A DNA stretch of 46,143 bases from an uncultured Verrucomicrobiae bacterium (lineage in GTDB: Bacteria; Verrucomicrobiota; Verrucomicrobiia; Limisphaerales; J093), in the NCBI GenBank assembly GCA_937976685.1, contig CALJWR010000240.1:1-46143 (forward strand). The letters run 5' to 3'. The position numbers were made by a program, and so were the translations under genes. How positions within the stretch are numbered: position 1 is the stretch's first letter; every line of letters begins with the position of its first letter. Below, piece by piece: positions 27,426 to 37,613 of the stretch. Below the pieces are notes generated by a model. That model was not told the DNA's origin. It saw only the letters and a program-made list of their open reading frames with translations, and did no database searches.

Positions 27426-30290
27426 TTAAGGGTTGAAGGCCACCGTCGAATCCGGCCACCCGGTCGTCAATTCCGGTGCGCTGGACCGTTGCAGCGAGTA
27501 GATCACAATGGATTGAGCGGCATGGTCGGCCGCGGGATTGCGCCTTCGTTCCGCGGTAATTGCGCGATCCCGAGCGTTGTCATCCGGCCGGTATTTTTCG
27601 TGCAGCCGACGGTGCCGGTCGGCCGCTTCAGTGTCGCCGAGCTGCCGATAGATGAGCGCCAGATTGTAATGGGCGGCGAGGTTCTCCGAATCGAGTGTCA
27701 AGGTCTGGTTAAACCGTCGGACGGCCTCCCCCAGGAATTCCCGCTGGCGGACCGGGTCACCCCGCTCCGCTTTGGCGCGTTCGAAAAGTGTCTGCCCGAG
27801 TTCGTTGATGACCTCGTAGTCTTTGCCGAAATCAAAGCCCCGCGCGATCAGCGCGGGATCGCGATCCTCCAAAATGCTGGTGAATTCGCGGATCGCCTCG
27901 TCAAGAAACCCGTTCTGCTTGTTCACCAAGCCGGTGAACCACGCGACCAGCCATCGGGGCGCGGGCGGATCAAACCGCGCCGCGCGTTGGAGGGCGGCCA
28001 CGGCATCCTCCAGCCGTCCCTCCTTGAAGTACACGCGGGCCAGGTTCACGGAACCGTCCCAGCGCCCCAGCCGCTCGACCTCGCGAAACGCCTCCTCGGC
28101 CTGCCGGAGTTCCCCCTTTTCGCTTCCGCGGTCTCCCTCGAGGAACAGACCAATCCCGTAATCATTCCAGCGCTCCCACTCCGGAATGCCCGAGGGCGGA
28201 TTCGCCGTGGACACCTCTGCCGCCCCGGCGACCGGGAACACCACCACGTCGGACACGATCGTGGTGATCGGCAGATCGTTGGTAATCACGAACGGAATTC
28301 CATTGGTCCAACCCTGGCCAAGGAAGTAATTGACGTAAATCGTGTCGAACTTGCGGTACTGCAGCTTGACCTCGACTCGCACCGAATCGGCGGCGTTTTC
28401 CGGCACGGTGAATGAGTAATGCGAGACTCGGGCTGCCCCGGGATTGATCTGGTTGTTGTAAAGCGGCGTGAAAATGTCCTGGGGATTCCGGCGATCAATC
28501 CGGTACCCATCCTTGTCGAGCATGTACACGTTCAGGAAGTGGGCTCCCGGATCCACCTCCTTGTGCGGACCGAGCCCCCCGCTGCGACCGATGGTTCTCC
28601 CGCCGCTGACGGCCTTCACGTCGAGCCACGTCTCGTTCGAGTCCGCGGTTCCCTGCGTGTATTGATGCCCCAGCCCCAGCGTTCGCACGACGACCTCCAA
28701 CAAGTACGTCGCCCCGCGCTTGAGCGTCGGCACCTGTGGGCGCAACGGCGCGGTCAGCGGGCTGTCCACCGTGCCCCCTTCCTTGATCCCGAAGATGTCC
28801 ACCCGCAGCGAATTCGTCAGGAAGTCCTGGTGCCTTTTGATGATGTTCGTTTCGCCGCGCAAGTACGGCAGAGCGGTGTTGGCGGCGGGGAACAGGTGGT
28901 CATGCACGCTGAGCACCTTGTTGGTCGGGTTGAAAAACCGCGCGCCAAAATCCTGCGAAGGCTGCAACGGCATGTGGCAGTCGGCGCAATTCCCCTTGGC
29001 GTGGTCCGGGTAGTAGAAGCTGCGCGCACCGTGGCCAGAAACGCCGCTCAGGAGAAAGCTGTCATAGCTGTTCTGACCCCGAAGCCAGTCTTTGTAGTGA
29101 TTGAGCTCCTTGGGGACGCTGACCTTGTGGCAGGTCGAACAGAATTCAGCCGTTTTGTGAAGCGGCTTGAGGAAAGTCTTGTTGTGAAACGCCGGTTTCG
29201 CCTTCACGAGTTGCCGGTTGAGAAACGCCAGCGCCTTGTTTGTGCTGAAGGCGAACGGGTAGTGGACCGGCTCCTCGATGGTGTAGTCGGCGTTCCCGAT
29301 CGTGCTGTTCACATTCACGATCGAGTGGCACGCCGTGCAGGTGATGCCCGCCTGCGACGTGGGGTGGTTCTCCAGATCGAAATTCGGATCGTCGAAGGCA
29401 CCACTAAAAAACGGCACCGGGTCGTGGCAGCCCGCGCACCATCGCGAAGCGTTCACGTTGCCATCCCGGGCAAGGGCCACCGCTCGCGTCTCCTTGATGC
29501 TGAACAAATACGCCGGATTGTTGAATGAGCTAAACCGATGGGAACTGTGGAACCACGAATCGTACACGTCCGGATGACACTCCATGCAGTAACGGTCCAT
29601 CATGAGGGTTTCGGCCGGAATGAAATTACCCGTGGCCGTGCGCGCGGCGGACGGGTGGAAATACTTTGCGCCTTCCTCGGGTCCCCGTACGTTCCACGTC
29701 CGCGGGTCGGTCGTGTGCAGGGCCACCATCGCGCCCACCACCACCAGCATCGCCGCACTCCAAGCAAGGCCCACCTTCCACTTGATCTTCACGCCGGAGA
29801 GACGATGCAGAATGTACAACCACACCACCGCCACCGGTAGCACCACGTGCGCCCAGTACGCCACCGCGCGGGCGTTCGGGTTCTTCAACTCGAAGCCCTC
29901 CACGCGCATCAAGGCGATGCCGCTGACCAGCACCACGACGCTCGCCCAGAACACCCCCCACCCAAGGCGGACGGCCAAGCGGTTCTTCCGCCCGCGCGTG
30001 TTGCGAATATGAACGAAGCAAAAAACGATGAACGGCAGCAGCAGCACCAGCCCGAGGAGCAGGTGCGCGAGGAACATGAGCTGGTAAAAGTAATTCTGGT
30101 ACGACAGCCCGTTCAGCCACTCCAGGAAGCTGATCGCCAGCAGATACAACGAATTGGCGCCGAGGATCGCCACCAACCCGAAGAGGCAATAGAGCACCCA
30201 GCGGAGTTTTGGCCCGACCGCCCGCTGGTAAGGGCGACGGGCCCGCAGCGTGGGCGAAGTAACCTCCGGGGGTGAACTGCTTTCGGTCAT
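27426..30290 (-). CDS. Membrane-anchored multiheme c-type cytochrome (c554-like, 5 CxxCH) with C-terminal TPR repeats
   Basis: About 5 N-terminal TM helices; heme motifs CMECH, CAGCH, CTACH, CSTCH and CADCH; TPR-like C-terminus (AAHYNLALIY). Confidence 0.88.
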   Translation of the reverse strand: MTESSSPPEVTSPTLRARRPYQRAVGPKLRWVLYCLFGLVAILGANSLYLLAISFLEWLNGLSYQNYFYQLMFLAHLLLGLVLLLPFIVFCFVHIRNTRGRKNRLAVRLGWGVFWASVVVLVSGIALMRVEGFELKNPNARAVAYWAHVVLPVAVVWLYILHRLSGVKIKWKVGLAWSAAMLVVVGAMVALHTTDPRTWNVRGPEEGAKYFHPSAARTATGNFIPAETLMMDRYCMECHPDVYDSWFHSSHRFSSFNNPAYLFSIKETRAVALARDGNVNASRWCAGCHDPVPFFSGAFDDPNFDLENHPTSQAGITCTACHSIVNVNSTIGNADYTIEEPVHYPFAFSTNKALAFLNRQLVKAKPAFHNKTFLKPLHKTAEFCSTCHKVSVPKELNHYKDWLRGQNSYDSFLLSGVSGHGARSFYYPDHAKGNCADCHMPLQPSQDFGARFFNPTNKVLSVHDHLFPAANTALPYLRGETNIIKRHQDFLTNSLRVDIFGIKEGGTVDSPLTAPLRPQVPTLKRGATYLLEVVVRTLGLGHQYTQGTADSNETWLDVKAVSGGRTIGRSGGLGPHKEVDPGAHFLNVYMLDKDGYRIDRRNPQDIFTPLYNNQINPGAARVSHYSFTVPENAADSVRVEVKLQYRKFDTIYVNYFLGQGWTNGIPFVITNDLPITTIVSDVVVFPVAGAAEVSTANPPSGIPEWERWNDYGIGLFLEGDRGSEKGELRQAEEAFREVERLGRWDGSVNLARVYFKEGRLEDAVAALQRAARFDPPAPRWLVAWFTGLVNKQNGFLDEAIREFTSILEDRDPALIARGFDFGKDYEVINELGQTLFERAKAERGDPVRQREFLGEAVRRFNQTLTLDSENLAAHYNLALIYRQLGDTEAADRHRRLHEKYRPDDNARDRAITAERRRNPAADHAAQSIVIYSLQRSSAPELTTGWPDSTVAFNP

Positions 30291-30543
30291 AGAGTCGAAT
30301 CACTTACGCTATTGCCGAACCTTACTTATCACGAGAGCCGGCGCGCTCCCCTGCCGGCCGGGACCAGTTGCTGTCTCCTGGGGGCGAAATGCAGTCTTCG
30401 AGGGGCGAGAACGAATCACGTCGTCCGGAGGTGTCACGCTGCCACCCGCGCCCCGCGGCGCCAACCTCCGTTTCCCTTGGCCCGACGATGGCGCGGCTTT
30501 GGCTGGCAGATCCCTGATCCGCGGCTACTTTCCCCCGCTTTCG

Positions 30544-31602
30544 ATGAGCAAACAAGGCGTTCTCCTGGTCAACCTCGGCTCCCCCGATTCCCCGTCGGTT
30601 CCCGACGTGCGGCGTTACCTGCGCGAGTTCCTGATGGACGGCCGCGTGCTCGATGCGCCGTGGCCGATTCGCTTCGCGGTGGTCCATTTCGCCATCCTGC
30701 CCTCGCGTCCCAAGCAATCCGCGGAAGCCTATCACCAAGTCTGGACACCCGAAGGCTCGCCCCTGGTGGTCACGAGCCGAAAAGTCCAGGCCGCTCTGGC
30801 CGCCCGCGTGCCGGTGCCGGTCGAGCTGGCCATGCGCTACCAGAATCCGTCCATTACGTCCGCCGTGGAGCGATTGGCAGGGCAAGGCGTGGAGCGCCTG
30901 CTGCTCATTCCGCTGTTCCCGCATTTTGCGATGTCCAGCTACGAAACGGCGGTCGAACGCGTTCGCGAGCTGGTCGCCCGTGAGTGCCCTGGCATGACGA
31001 TCGAGGTTCAGGCGCCGTATTATGACCATCCGGACTATCTCGACGCCCTGGTGGAGAGCGCGCAACCGTACCTCGCTCGAGGCTTCGACCACCTGCTGTT
31101 CAGTTTCCACGGCATCCCGGAGCGCCACCTGCGCAAGTCGGACCCCACCCGTGGCCACTGCCTCCAGGTGCCGAACTGCTGCGAAGTCGCCAGCCCGGCC
31201 CACGCGACCTGTTACCGCGCGCAATGTCTGAAGACCGTAGCCGGATTTGTCCAACGCACGAACCTGCCCAAGGAGCGCTACTCGATTGCCTTTCAGTCAC
31301 GGCTCGGACGCGATCCCTGGCTGAAACCCTACACGGACCAGGAATTGGAGCGCTTCGGCAGGGCCGGCGTGAAGCGACTGCTCGTCATCTGCCCGGCGTT
31401 CGTTTCCGACTGCCTTGAGACCCTCGAAGAAATCGGCATGCGCGGCCGCGAGACGTTCCAGCACGCCGGCGGCGGCGAGTATGAACAGATTCCCTGCCTC
31501 AACGAACACCCGCGCTGGATTGCCGCCCTCGAAAGCATGGTCAAACGATTTCTCAGCGCCGCCCCCTCCACGCCAGCCCCGCCTCAATCGGTCATGCCAT
31601 GA
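30544..31602 (+). CDS. hemH: Ferrochelatase
   Basis: Motifs LLVNLGSP, YLREFLMD, LAMRY, FSFHGIP, FQSRLG..PWLKPYT and FVSDCLETLEE; ATG 30544. Confidence 0.97.
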   Translation: MSKQGVLLVNLGSPDSPSVPDVRRYLREFLMDGRVLDAPWPIRFAVVHFAILPSRPKQSAEAYHQVWTPEGSPLVVTSRKVQAALAARVPVPVELAMRYQNPSITSAVERLAGQGVERLLLIPLFPHFAMSSYETAVERVRELVARECPGMTIEVQAPYYDHPDYLDALVESAQPYLARGFDHLLFSFHGIPERHLRKSDPTRGHCLQVPNCCEVASPAHATCYRAQCLKTVAGFVQRTNLPKERYSIAFQSRLGRDPWLKPYTDQELERFGRAGVKRLLVICPAFVSDCLETLEEIGMRGRETFQHAGGGEYEQIPCLNEHPRWIAALESMVKRFLSAAPSTPAPPQSVMP

Positions 31603-32060
31603 AACTGCCTCGCACCCGAAGTTGCTTTGTTTGTGGCGTCGAAAACCCGGTGGGGTTGAATTTGGAATTTCAGTCGGCTGCCGACGGAGTCGAGACCACG
31701 GTGACGTTCCGGCCGGAACACGCAGGCTTCCGCGCGACCGTCCACGGCGGCCTGCTGGCAACCGTGCTGGACGAAGCCATGGTCTGGGCCTGCGGCGTTC
31801 AAGCCAGGGCCTTTGCCTACTGCGCCGAACTCACCACGCGGTTTGTTCATCCCGTCACCCCCGGAGTGCCACTGCGCCTCACCGCTCACCTCACGGCCAA
31901 CAAGCGAGGCCGCCTGTTTGAAGCAGCGGGGGAATTGCGGGCGGCGGATGGCTCGATTCACGCCACCGCCAGCGGCAAGTACCTGCCCATCCCCGCAGCC
32001 GCGCTCGAACCGATGCTGTCTGACTTTGTGGGTGACGTGAGTTGTTTCTTGCGGCGGTAA
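31599..32060 (+). CDS. PaaI-family hot-dog thioesterase
   Basis: Motifs CFVCGVENPVGL and VHGGLLATVLDEAM; ATGA overlap with hemH. Confidence 0.9.
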   Translation: MKLPRTRSCFVCGVENPVGLNLEFQSAADGVETTVTFRPEHAGFRATVHGGLLATVLDEAMVWACGVQARAFAYCAELTTRFVHPVTPGVPLRLTAHLTANKRGRLFEAAGELRAADGSIHATASGKYLPIPAAALEPMLSDFVGDVSCFLRR

Positions 32061-32157
32061 CTGCCGCGAAAACCCTGCCCCGGACCCCTCCGGTGCCCGG
32101 GTGGAGAGACCGATGAAAAACTGCCCGGCAAGCTCCGCGTCTGGTTGCCCTGGCCGC

Positions 32158-32973
32158 TTACACGCCCGCCAGGATTTCCCTCACTCTTTGCCACGCCGCG
32201 TCGCGGGCTTTCCGGTTCGCTTCGCTGGCATCGGGCGCTTCACCGGCCCGCATGAACCCGTGGCCCGCGCCCTCGTAGATGACGGGCTCGAACTTCTTCC
32301 CGGCCTTCTTCATCAACTCTTTCGTCTTGGGGAGCGTCGCATTCACGCGGGCATCGTTGCCGCCGTAGAAGCCGTACACGGGCGCCGTGATGCGGCTGAG
32401 TTCGGCCTCGGACTCCGGCCCTGATCCGTAAAAGACGAGGCCGGCTCTGATGGACTTCGAGTTGGTTGCGAAGCTAAAGGTCTGCAAACCTCCCCAGCAA
32501 AAGCCGACCACCACCACCTTGCCGTTGGCGGCCGGCAGTTTTCTCACGAAGTCAACGACCGCTTCGAGGTCCGCCGTAATCTGCGCGGGAGGCAGCGCTG
32601 AAATCGCGCGCCGTACCGCGTCGCCCGAGCCCAACTCCTCCGTCCCTCCGCCGCCCGGCGCCGTGCCGGACAGGAGATCCGGCGCGATGGCGATGTACCC
32701 GGCCTCGGCCAGTTGGTCGGCCACGCCCCGGACCCACTCTGTCACGCCAAGGATCTCGTGAATCACCACCACCGCAGTCGCCTTGTCCTTCACCTCCGGG
32801 AAAGCGATGAAGCACCGCACCTCCCGGTCTGCCTGCTTGACCTTCAGCCACTCCAGGTGTCGCGGGGAATTCTCGAGCCGCGGTTTAGCCCAATCCTGGG
32901 CCCGAGTGCCTGAGCCAGCGAAGGCGACCGCGGCCACGACGATTACACTGAAGCGCTTCATATTGGTTCGCAT
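32158..32973 (-). CDS. Dienelactone hydrolase family protein, secreted
   Basis: Motifs VIHEILG, GFCWGG nucleophile, DARV and GAGHGF; signal peptide. Confidence 0.92.
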   Translation of the reverse strand: MRTNMKRFSVIVVAAVAFAGSGTRAQDWAKPRLENSPRHLEWLKVKQADREVRCFIAFPEVKDKATAVVVIHEILGVTEWVRGVADQLAEAGYIAIAPDLLSGTAPGGGGTEELGSGDAVRRAISALPPAQITADLEAVVDFVRKLPAANGKVVVVGFCWGGLQTFSFATNSKSIRAGLVFYGSGPESEAELSRITAPVYGFYGGNDARVNATLPKTKELMKKAGKKFEPVIYEGAGHGFMRAGEAPDASEANRKARDAAWQRVREILAGV

Positions 32974-33166
32974 TAACGATGAGGTGTTCGCCTCGACATC
33001 GAAAGGTGCAGCGAATCAGCGCGTTGTCGAATGGAGGCCGTTCAACCCAGAACCAACAGCCAGCGCCGAATTAAAATGCGGTGTGCCGGCGCCGCCGGAC
33101 CTTGGCAACGCCGCTTGACCGCGGTCGCTTCAGACCTTTCAAATTGCCCGTCCACTGGCCGCCACG

Positions 33167-34624
33167 ATGCATCATCTTGCCGAAATGAACGCCGAACAGC
33201 TCTACCAGGAACGCCTCAGCCGTTACGTCGCGGCCATGCGCAACGAGAAACCGGATCGTGTGCCCATCCGCCCGTTTGTCGCGGAGTTCACGGCGCGGCA
33301 CGCAGGGTTTACCTGCCAGGAGGTCGCGCACGACTACACCAAGGCGTTCGAAGCGGCGATTCGGACGGCGAAGGATTTCCAGTGGGATGCGATCGTCCCG
33401 AACATGGTCTATGTGTGGACCGGCCTGGCCCAGGCCACCGGCCTGCGCTACTACGGCATTCCCGGCATCGGCATTCCCCACACCACCGGCTTCAACTACA
33501 TCGAACCGCCGGAGGGCGAGGCGTTCATGCGCGAGGACGAATACGACGCGCTCATCGCTGACCCCACGGGCTTCCTCTACGAAGTCTGGCTGCCGCGGGT
33601 TTCCACCGAGGTGTGCCGGATGGGCGTGCCCGCCAGCAAGCGCAACAACCTGGCGCTCGTGAAGAGTGCGATGGCCATGCTCTCGTACTTCTACGCCTTC
33701 GGCCCCCAGATCCGACGGATGCGTACCGAGTGCGGTTGCGCCTCGGCCATCGCCGGCATTTTCAAGGCACCGTTCGACATCCTCGCCGACAAACTGCGCG
33801 GCTACGTGGGGCTGATGATGGACATGCACACGCAGCCGGACAAGGTGCTGCGGGCCTGCGAAGCATTGATGCCGCATCTGGTCCACGTGGGTCTGACCAC
33901 CGCCGATCCCGCCAAACTGGTACCGATCGGCTTCTGGATGCACCGCGGCTGCGTGCCGTTCACCAACCCCAAACAATTCGAGTCCCACAACTGGGCCACG
34001 CTCAAGCCGTGCATCGAGGAATTCTGGAAACACGGCCACCAAACGCTCTTCTACGCCGAGGGCAAATGGCATCACCACTTCGACGCCTTTCGCGAGCTGC
34101 CCGAGCGCAGCATCGTCTTCCACTGCGACCAGGACGACATCTTCGAGGTCCATCGCCGGCTGCATGACCGTTTCGCCATCAGTGGGGGCATCCCGAACGT
34201 CCTGCTGAGCTTCGGCACGGAACAGGAGGTCCGCGACTTCACGGCGCGCGTGATGCGCGAAGTCGCGCCCTCGGGCGGCTACATCCTGGACGCCGGGGCC
34301 ATCATGCAGGACGACACCAAGAGCGAGAACCTGCGGGCCATGACCGAGGTGGGACGCGAACTGGGGCTCTATGCCACACCGGCCTACAACCCTGCCCTCG
34401 TGCCGCCGGCCGAACTGCCGTCGTCCGTCGAGTCGCGGCGGCAGGTCCAGGGAATGGCCGGCCGGCCCGTGCCGCAGCCGCGTCCCGGCGTGTGCTACCC
34501 GTGGGAGGACAAGGTCAAGGAACTGCCGGAGATCACGGGTGACAAGGACCTCATCAAGCGGGTCTGGGAGGACATTGACGCCTTCGGCAGCGTCTATATC
34601 TGGCAGTTGCTGCTGAGCTTCTGA
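33167..34624 (+). CDS. Uroporphyrinogen decarboxylase / MtaA-CmuA superfamily protein
   Basis: Motifs EKPDRVP, APFDILAD.LRG...MMDM..QPDKV, ISGGIP..LL.FGT..EV and GGYILDAG. Confidence 0.85.
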   Translation: MHHLAEMNAEQLYQERLSRYVAAMRNEKPDRVPIRPFVAEFTARHAGFTCQEVAHDYTKAFEAAIRTAKDFQWDAIVPNMVYVWTGLAQATGLRYYGIPGIGIPHTTGFNYIEPPEGEAFMREDEYDALIADPTGFLYEVWLPRVSTEVCRMGVPASKRNNLALVKSAMAMLSYFYAFGPQIRRMRTECGCASAIAGIFKAPFDILADKLRGYVGLMMDMHTQPDKVLRACEALMPHLVHVGLTTADPAKLVPIGFWMHRGCVPFTNPKQFESHNWATLKPCIEEFWKHGHQTLFYAEGKWHHHFDAFRELPERSIVFHCDQDDIFEVHRRLHDRFAISGGIPNVLLSFGTEQEVRDFTARVMREVAPSGGYILDAGAIMQDDTKSENLRAMTEVGRELGLYATPAYNPALVPPAELPSSVESRRQVQGMAGRPVPQPRPGVCYPWEDKVKELPEITGDKDLIKRVWEDIDAFGSVYIWQLLLSF

Positions 34625-34705
34625 AACGGCGGTGATCGTGAGGCGGGCCACCGACGGTCATTCCTCCCCCAAGCGGAACCGGGAGCGGTGGCCCGGGGAG
34701 CAGCG

Positions 34706-35194
34706 TCACCGTAAAGCCAGACCACCGGACAGGCTCCGGTTCCGGTAATGCAGGATGTCGAATTCCGGTGTCTGCCGCAGCGTGCCTACGAGTTCGAAGT
34801 CCTCTTCAAAAGACGGAAAGAAGGCATCCCCCTCGACCTCCCGTTTCACGAGGGTGAGGTAAAGATCCGCACATCGTGGCAGGGCCTGCGCGTACACCTG
34901 CGCTCCGCCGCAGATGAACACCGGTTCGGGCAGAGCGAGCGACTCCAGGGCCGCCCAGTCACTCACCGTGCGGATGCGCTCATCCGCAAAACCGCGGCGG
35001 CTCAGCACCACGGTGGTTCTGCCCGGCAGCGGCCTGCCGATGGACTCGTACGTCTTCCGCCCCATCACCAGCGAGCCTCCCATGGTCACTTGTTTGAACC
35101 ACTGGAAATCCTCGGGCAGGTGCCACGGAATCTGATTGCCTCGTCCGATCACGCGGTTCAGCGACATCGCCGCAATGGCTTTGAACTGTCTCAT
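34706..35194 (-). CDS. folA: Dihydrofolate reductase
   Basis: Motifs AIAAMSLNRVIG..NQIPWHLPED, VMGRKTYESI.RPLPGR, ICGGAQVY and GDAFFP; ATG 35194. Confidence 0.97.
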   Translation of the reverse strand: MRQFKAIAAMSLNRVIGRGNQIPWHLPEDFQWFKQVTMGGSLVMGRKTYESIGRPLPGRTTVVLSRRGFADERIRTVSDWAALESLALPEPVFICGGAQVYAQALPRCADLYLTLVKREVEGDAFFPSFEEDFELVGTLRQTPEFDILHYRNRSLSGGLALR

Positions 35195-36351
35195 GGCGGG
35201 TCCCCTGCCCCACCGCCAAATTGCGGCCGCCCGGCCCGACTGGCCTGGCCTTTCGGTGATTCCACGGCTCGCGCGGGTCGGCTCAATTCGCGCGCCTCGC
35301 GGACCAGCTTGTCCCATTGAAACGCCGGCCCCGGATCCACCTTGTCCATCTGAATGTGCCAGTGGCCGAGCAGGCCCTGATAGCGGCCCAGTTCCTCGTC
35401 CGGCAGCTTGACCGGCACCACCCGACCCGCGCTGTCGCGTGGGTAGTCGCACGTCAGCTTGGGGAAGATGCGACAGAGGGCGGCCGTCAGGTGCGCCAAC
35501 GCGCGGTATTGCTCTGGGGTGAAATCGTACTGCTCGAGCTCGACGCCCTGGATCCGGCCCCGCACTCGCTCGTGGCGGACAGGCCGCCCGACAAAGCCCG
35601 GCGTGCGCACCCCGCCGTCTCCGAAACGCTCAGGGATGGTGAGCCGGACCCTCCCATCCGGCTCTGTGTGGTACCACTCGTCCAGTACCTTGGCGCGCGT
35701 GGCCGGGTAGGCACCGATCTGGGCGATTTCGATCCCCACCGAGCGCGAGTTGGACGTGGTCGCGTGCCATGCGCGCTCCTTGAGATCGAGCGTCTGGTAA
35801 ATCGTGCCGTCCACATCGAGCAGGAAATGGACGCTCAAACCCCGCAGGTCGTGCAGCACCTTGAAACACTGGCGGCTGGTACCACAGGCGTCGAAGTGAA
35901 TGACGAACTGGTCCACCACGTTGGTCAGCAACGCCAACTCCCACCCGCCGCCGCGCACTTGTTCGATCTGCTCGGGGGTGAGCCGATCGCGCCGCAGTCC
36001 GTAGCGGTTCGGCGTTTCCAGGGCCTTCACCTCCCGCGCGGAGGATGCCCAGTCGGCGTTGGTCAGGGCACTGAAGCGCCGCTCGACCCGGTAGGCATCG
36101 TAGCCGCCGGCGTCGAGCCACGTTACGACCGGCGTGCCCGTGTGAAACAACTGGCCGGCCACGATGATTTCGTCGCCGGTCCGCTTGGCCCGGGAGCCCG
36201 GCACCGGAGTCGTCTGGCACGCCGTCAGAAGGATCAGGAGGGCAAGGCCGGTCAGGAGGCAAGGTACACCGCCGCGAACCGGCCAGCGCGAGCGCGGTAG
36301 TGTGCCGGCGCAATGGGAAGCCGGGGCGGGCAATTGAGGGCAGCGGATCAT
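35191..36351 (-). CDS. N-acetylmuramoyl-L-alanine amidase (Amidase_2), probable lipoprotein
   Basis: Motifs FVIHFD, SVHFLLDVDGTIYQ, AWHA, NSRSVGIEI and LGHWH..KVDPGPAF.W; lipobox LTAC. Start uncertain; ATG 36351 overlaps the upstream stop. Confidence 0.88.
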   Translation of the reverse strand: MIRCPQLPAPASHCAGTLPRSRWPVRGGVPCLLTGLALLILLTACQTTPVPGSRAKRTGDEIIVAGQLFHTGTPVVTWLDAGGYDAYRVERRFSALTNADWASSAREVKALETPNRYGLRRDRLTPEQIEQVRGGGWELALLTNVVDQFVIHFDACGTSRQCFKVLHDLRGLSVHFLLDVDGTIYQTLDLKERAWHATTSNSRSVGIEIAQIGAYPATRAKVLDEWYHTEPDGRVRLTIPERFGDGGVRTPGFVGRPVRHERVRGRIQGVELEQYDFTPEQYRALAHLTAALCRIFPKLTCDYPRDSAGRVVPVKLPDEELGRYQGLLGHWHIQMDKVDPGPAFQWDKLVREARELSRPARAVESPKGQASRAGRPQFGGGAGDPP

Positions 36352-37613
36352 GCCAACTCTTTCTTCAGTGCGTGGGCGAGACGTTCGTACTGGGGCAGCG
36401 AGTTGTAAAGCTGCGCGGAGATTCGCAGCAGCCGTTTGGGCGGTGCCGGCCACGGGATCACCGGGACTTCGATGCCATGCCGCGCCAGCAAACGGTCTTG
36501 GAGCGGATCGAGATACAGCGGCGACGTTGGCGGCGTCTCGCGCAGCGCATCCGGCAACGGCACGGCCGCCAGCGCGCCGATCATGCTGTCCGGGCATGGC
36601 AACGGAACCCCAAGGCGGCGGCACAACACCCGGCGGGCAGCCAGCGCGAGCTGTCGGTTGCGGCGGCGAATCGCCGGCCAGCCTCCGGGCACCAGTGCCC
36701 CGACCACCTCGATCGCCTTGGGCACCGACAGAAAGGCCGACGGATCGCCCGTACCGGTCCAGTCGAACTCGATCAGGAACCGCGAGCGGTCCGCGCGCGG
36801 CGAATTCGCCCCGTGGCTGATGATGAGCGGCCGGACTTCTGCCTGCCGGTCGCGGCGCACGTGCAGGAATGCCGCGCCTTTCGGCGCGCACAGCCACTTG
36901 TGGCAATTCCCCGTGTACCACGTCGCCCCCAACCGCCGCAGGTTGAGCGGGACCATCCCCGGCGCGTGGGCCCCGTCCACCAGCGTGTCCACCCCACGGT
37001 CGGCGAGTTCGCGTACGAGCTGCTCAATCGGCAGGACCAGACCGGTCTGGCTGGTGACATGATCCAGCAACGCCAGCCGCGTCTTCGCCGACACCCTCCG
37101 CAGTACCGCCTCGGTTACTTGGTCCGCATGGAGCAGAGGAAACGGGACGCGGGCGACCACCACCCGCGCCCGTGCTCGGGCGGCCACGAAGTCCAGGGCG
37201 TTGCGGCAGGCGTTGTATTCGTGGTCCGTCACCAGCAACTCGTCGTTCGCCCGCAGCCGCAACGACCGCAACGCGGTGTTCACGCCGGCGGTCGCGTTGG
37301 GCACGAAGACCACGTCTCGGGCATCTGCGCCCACGAATGCGGCCAGGGCGGAGCGCGCTTCGTCCAACAGCGCTTCGAGATCGCGCACGAAAAACTGCAC
37401 GGGCTGGCGTTCGAGCCGGTCGCGGAGGGTTTGCTGATATTCGAGCACCGGCCGCGGACAACTGCCGAACGAGCCGTGATTGAGGAACGTCACCCGAGGA
37501 TCGAGCGGCCAGAGAGAAACGCCCACGCCCGGTTCCGAACGGTCTGCCCCGGACAAGCGGGAGGCGGCCGGAAGTTTCCGTAACCTTTTTTGCTTTTGGC
37601 CGGGCTGCGTCAC
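36348..37613 (-). CDS. Class V PLP enzyme (isopenicillin-N epimerase / EgtE-like C-S lyase family)
   Basis: Motifs [34 protein letters not shown] and PLP-Lys [12 protein letters not shown]; GTG 37613 overlaps the thyA stop. Confidence 0.88.
   Translation of the reverse strand: MTQPGQKQKRLRKLPAASRLSGADRSEPGVGVSLWPLDPRVTFLNHGSFGSCPRPVLEYQQTLRDRLERQPVQFFVRDLEALLDEARSALAAFVGADARDVVFVPNATAGVNTALRSLRLRANDELLVTDHEYNACRNALDFVAARARARVVVARVPFPLLHADQVTEAVLRRVSAKTRLALLDHVTSQTGLVLPIEQLVRELADRGVDTLVDGAHAPGMVPLNLRRLGATWYTGNCHKWLCAPKGAAFLHVRRDRQAEVRPLIISHGANSPRADRSRFLIEFDWTGTGDPSAFLSVPKAIEVVGALVPGGWPAIRRRNRQLALAARRVLCRRLGVPLPCPDSMIGALAAVPLPDALRETPPTSPLYLDPLQDRLLARHGIEVPVIPWPAPPKRLLRISAQLYNSLPQYERLAHALKKELA

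Noticed and set aside
32974-33166. Possible cobalamin or other riboswitch upstream of the URO-D-like gene
   Set aside because: I could not recognise a B12-box or other conserved riboswitch core. An Infernal/Rfam scan would be needed to settle it.
33071-34651. Long antisense or alternate-frame ORFs (e.g. 526 aa here; also 18859-20391, 15473-16708, 8499-9521, 36300-37583)
   Set aside because: They are shadows of real genes in high-GC DNA where stop codons are scarce, and they carry no recognisable motifs.
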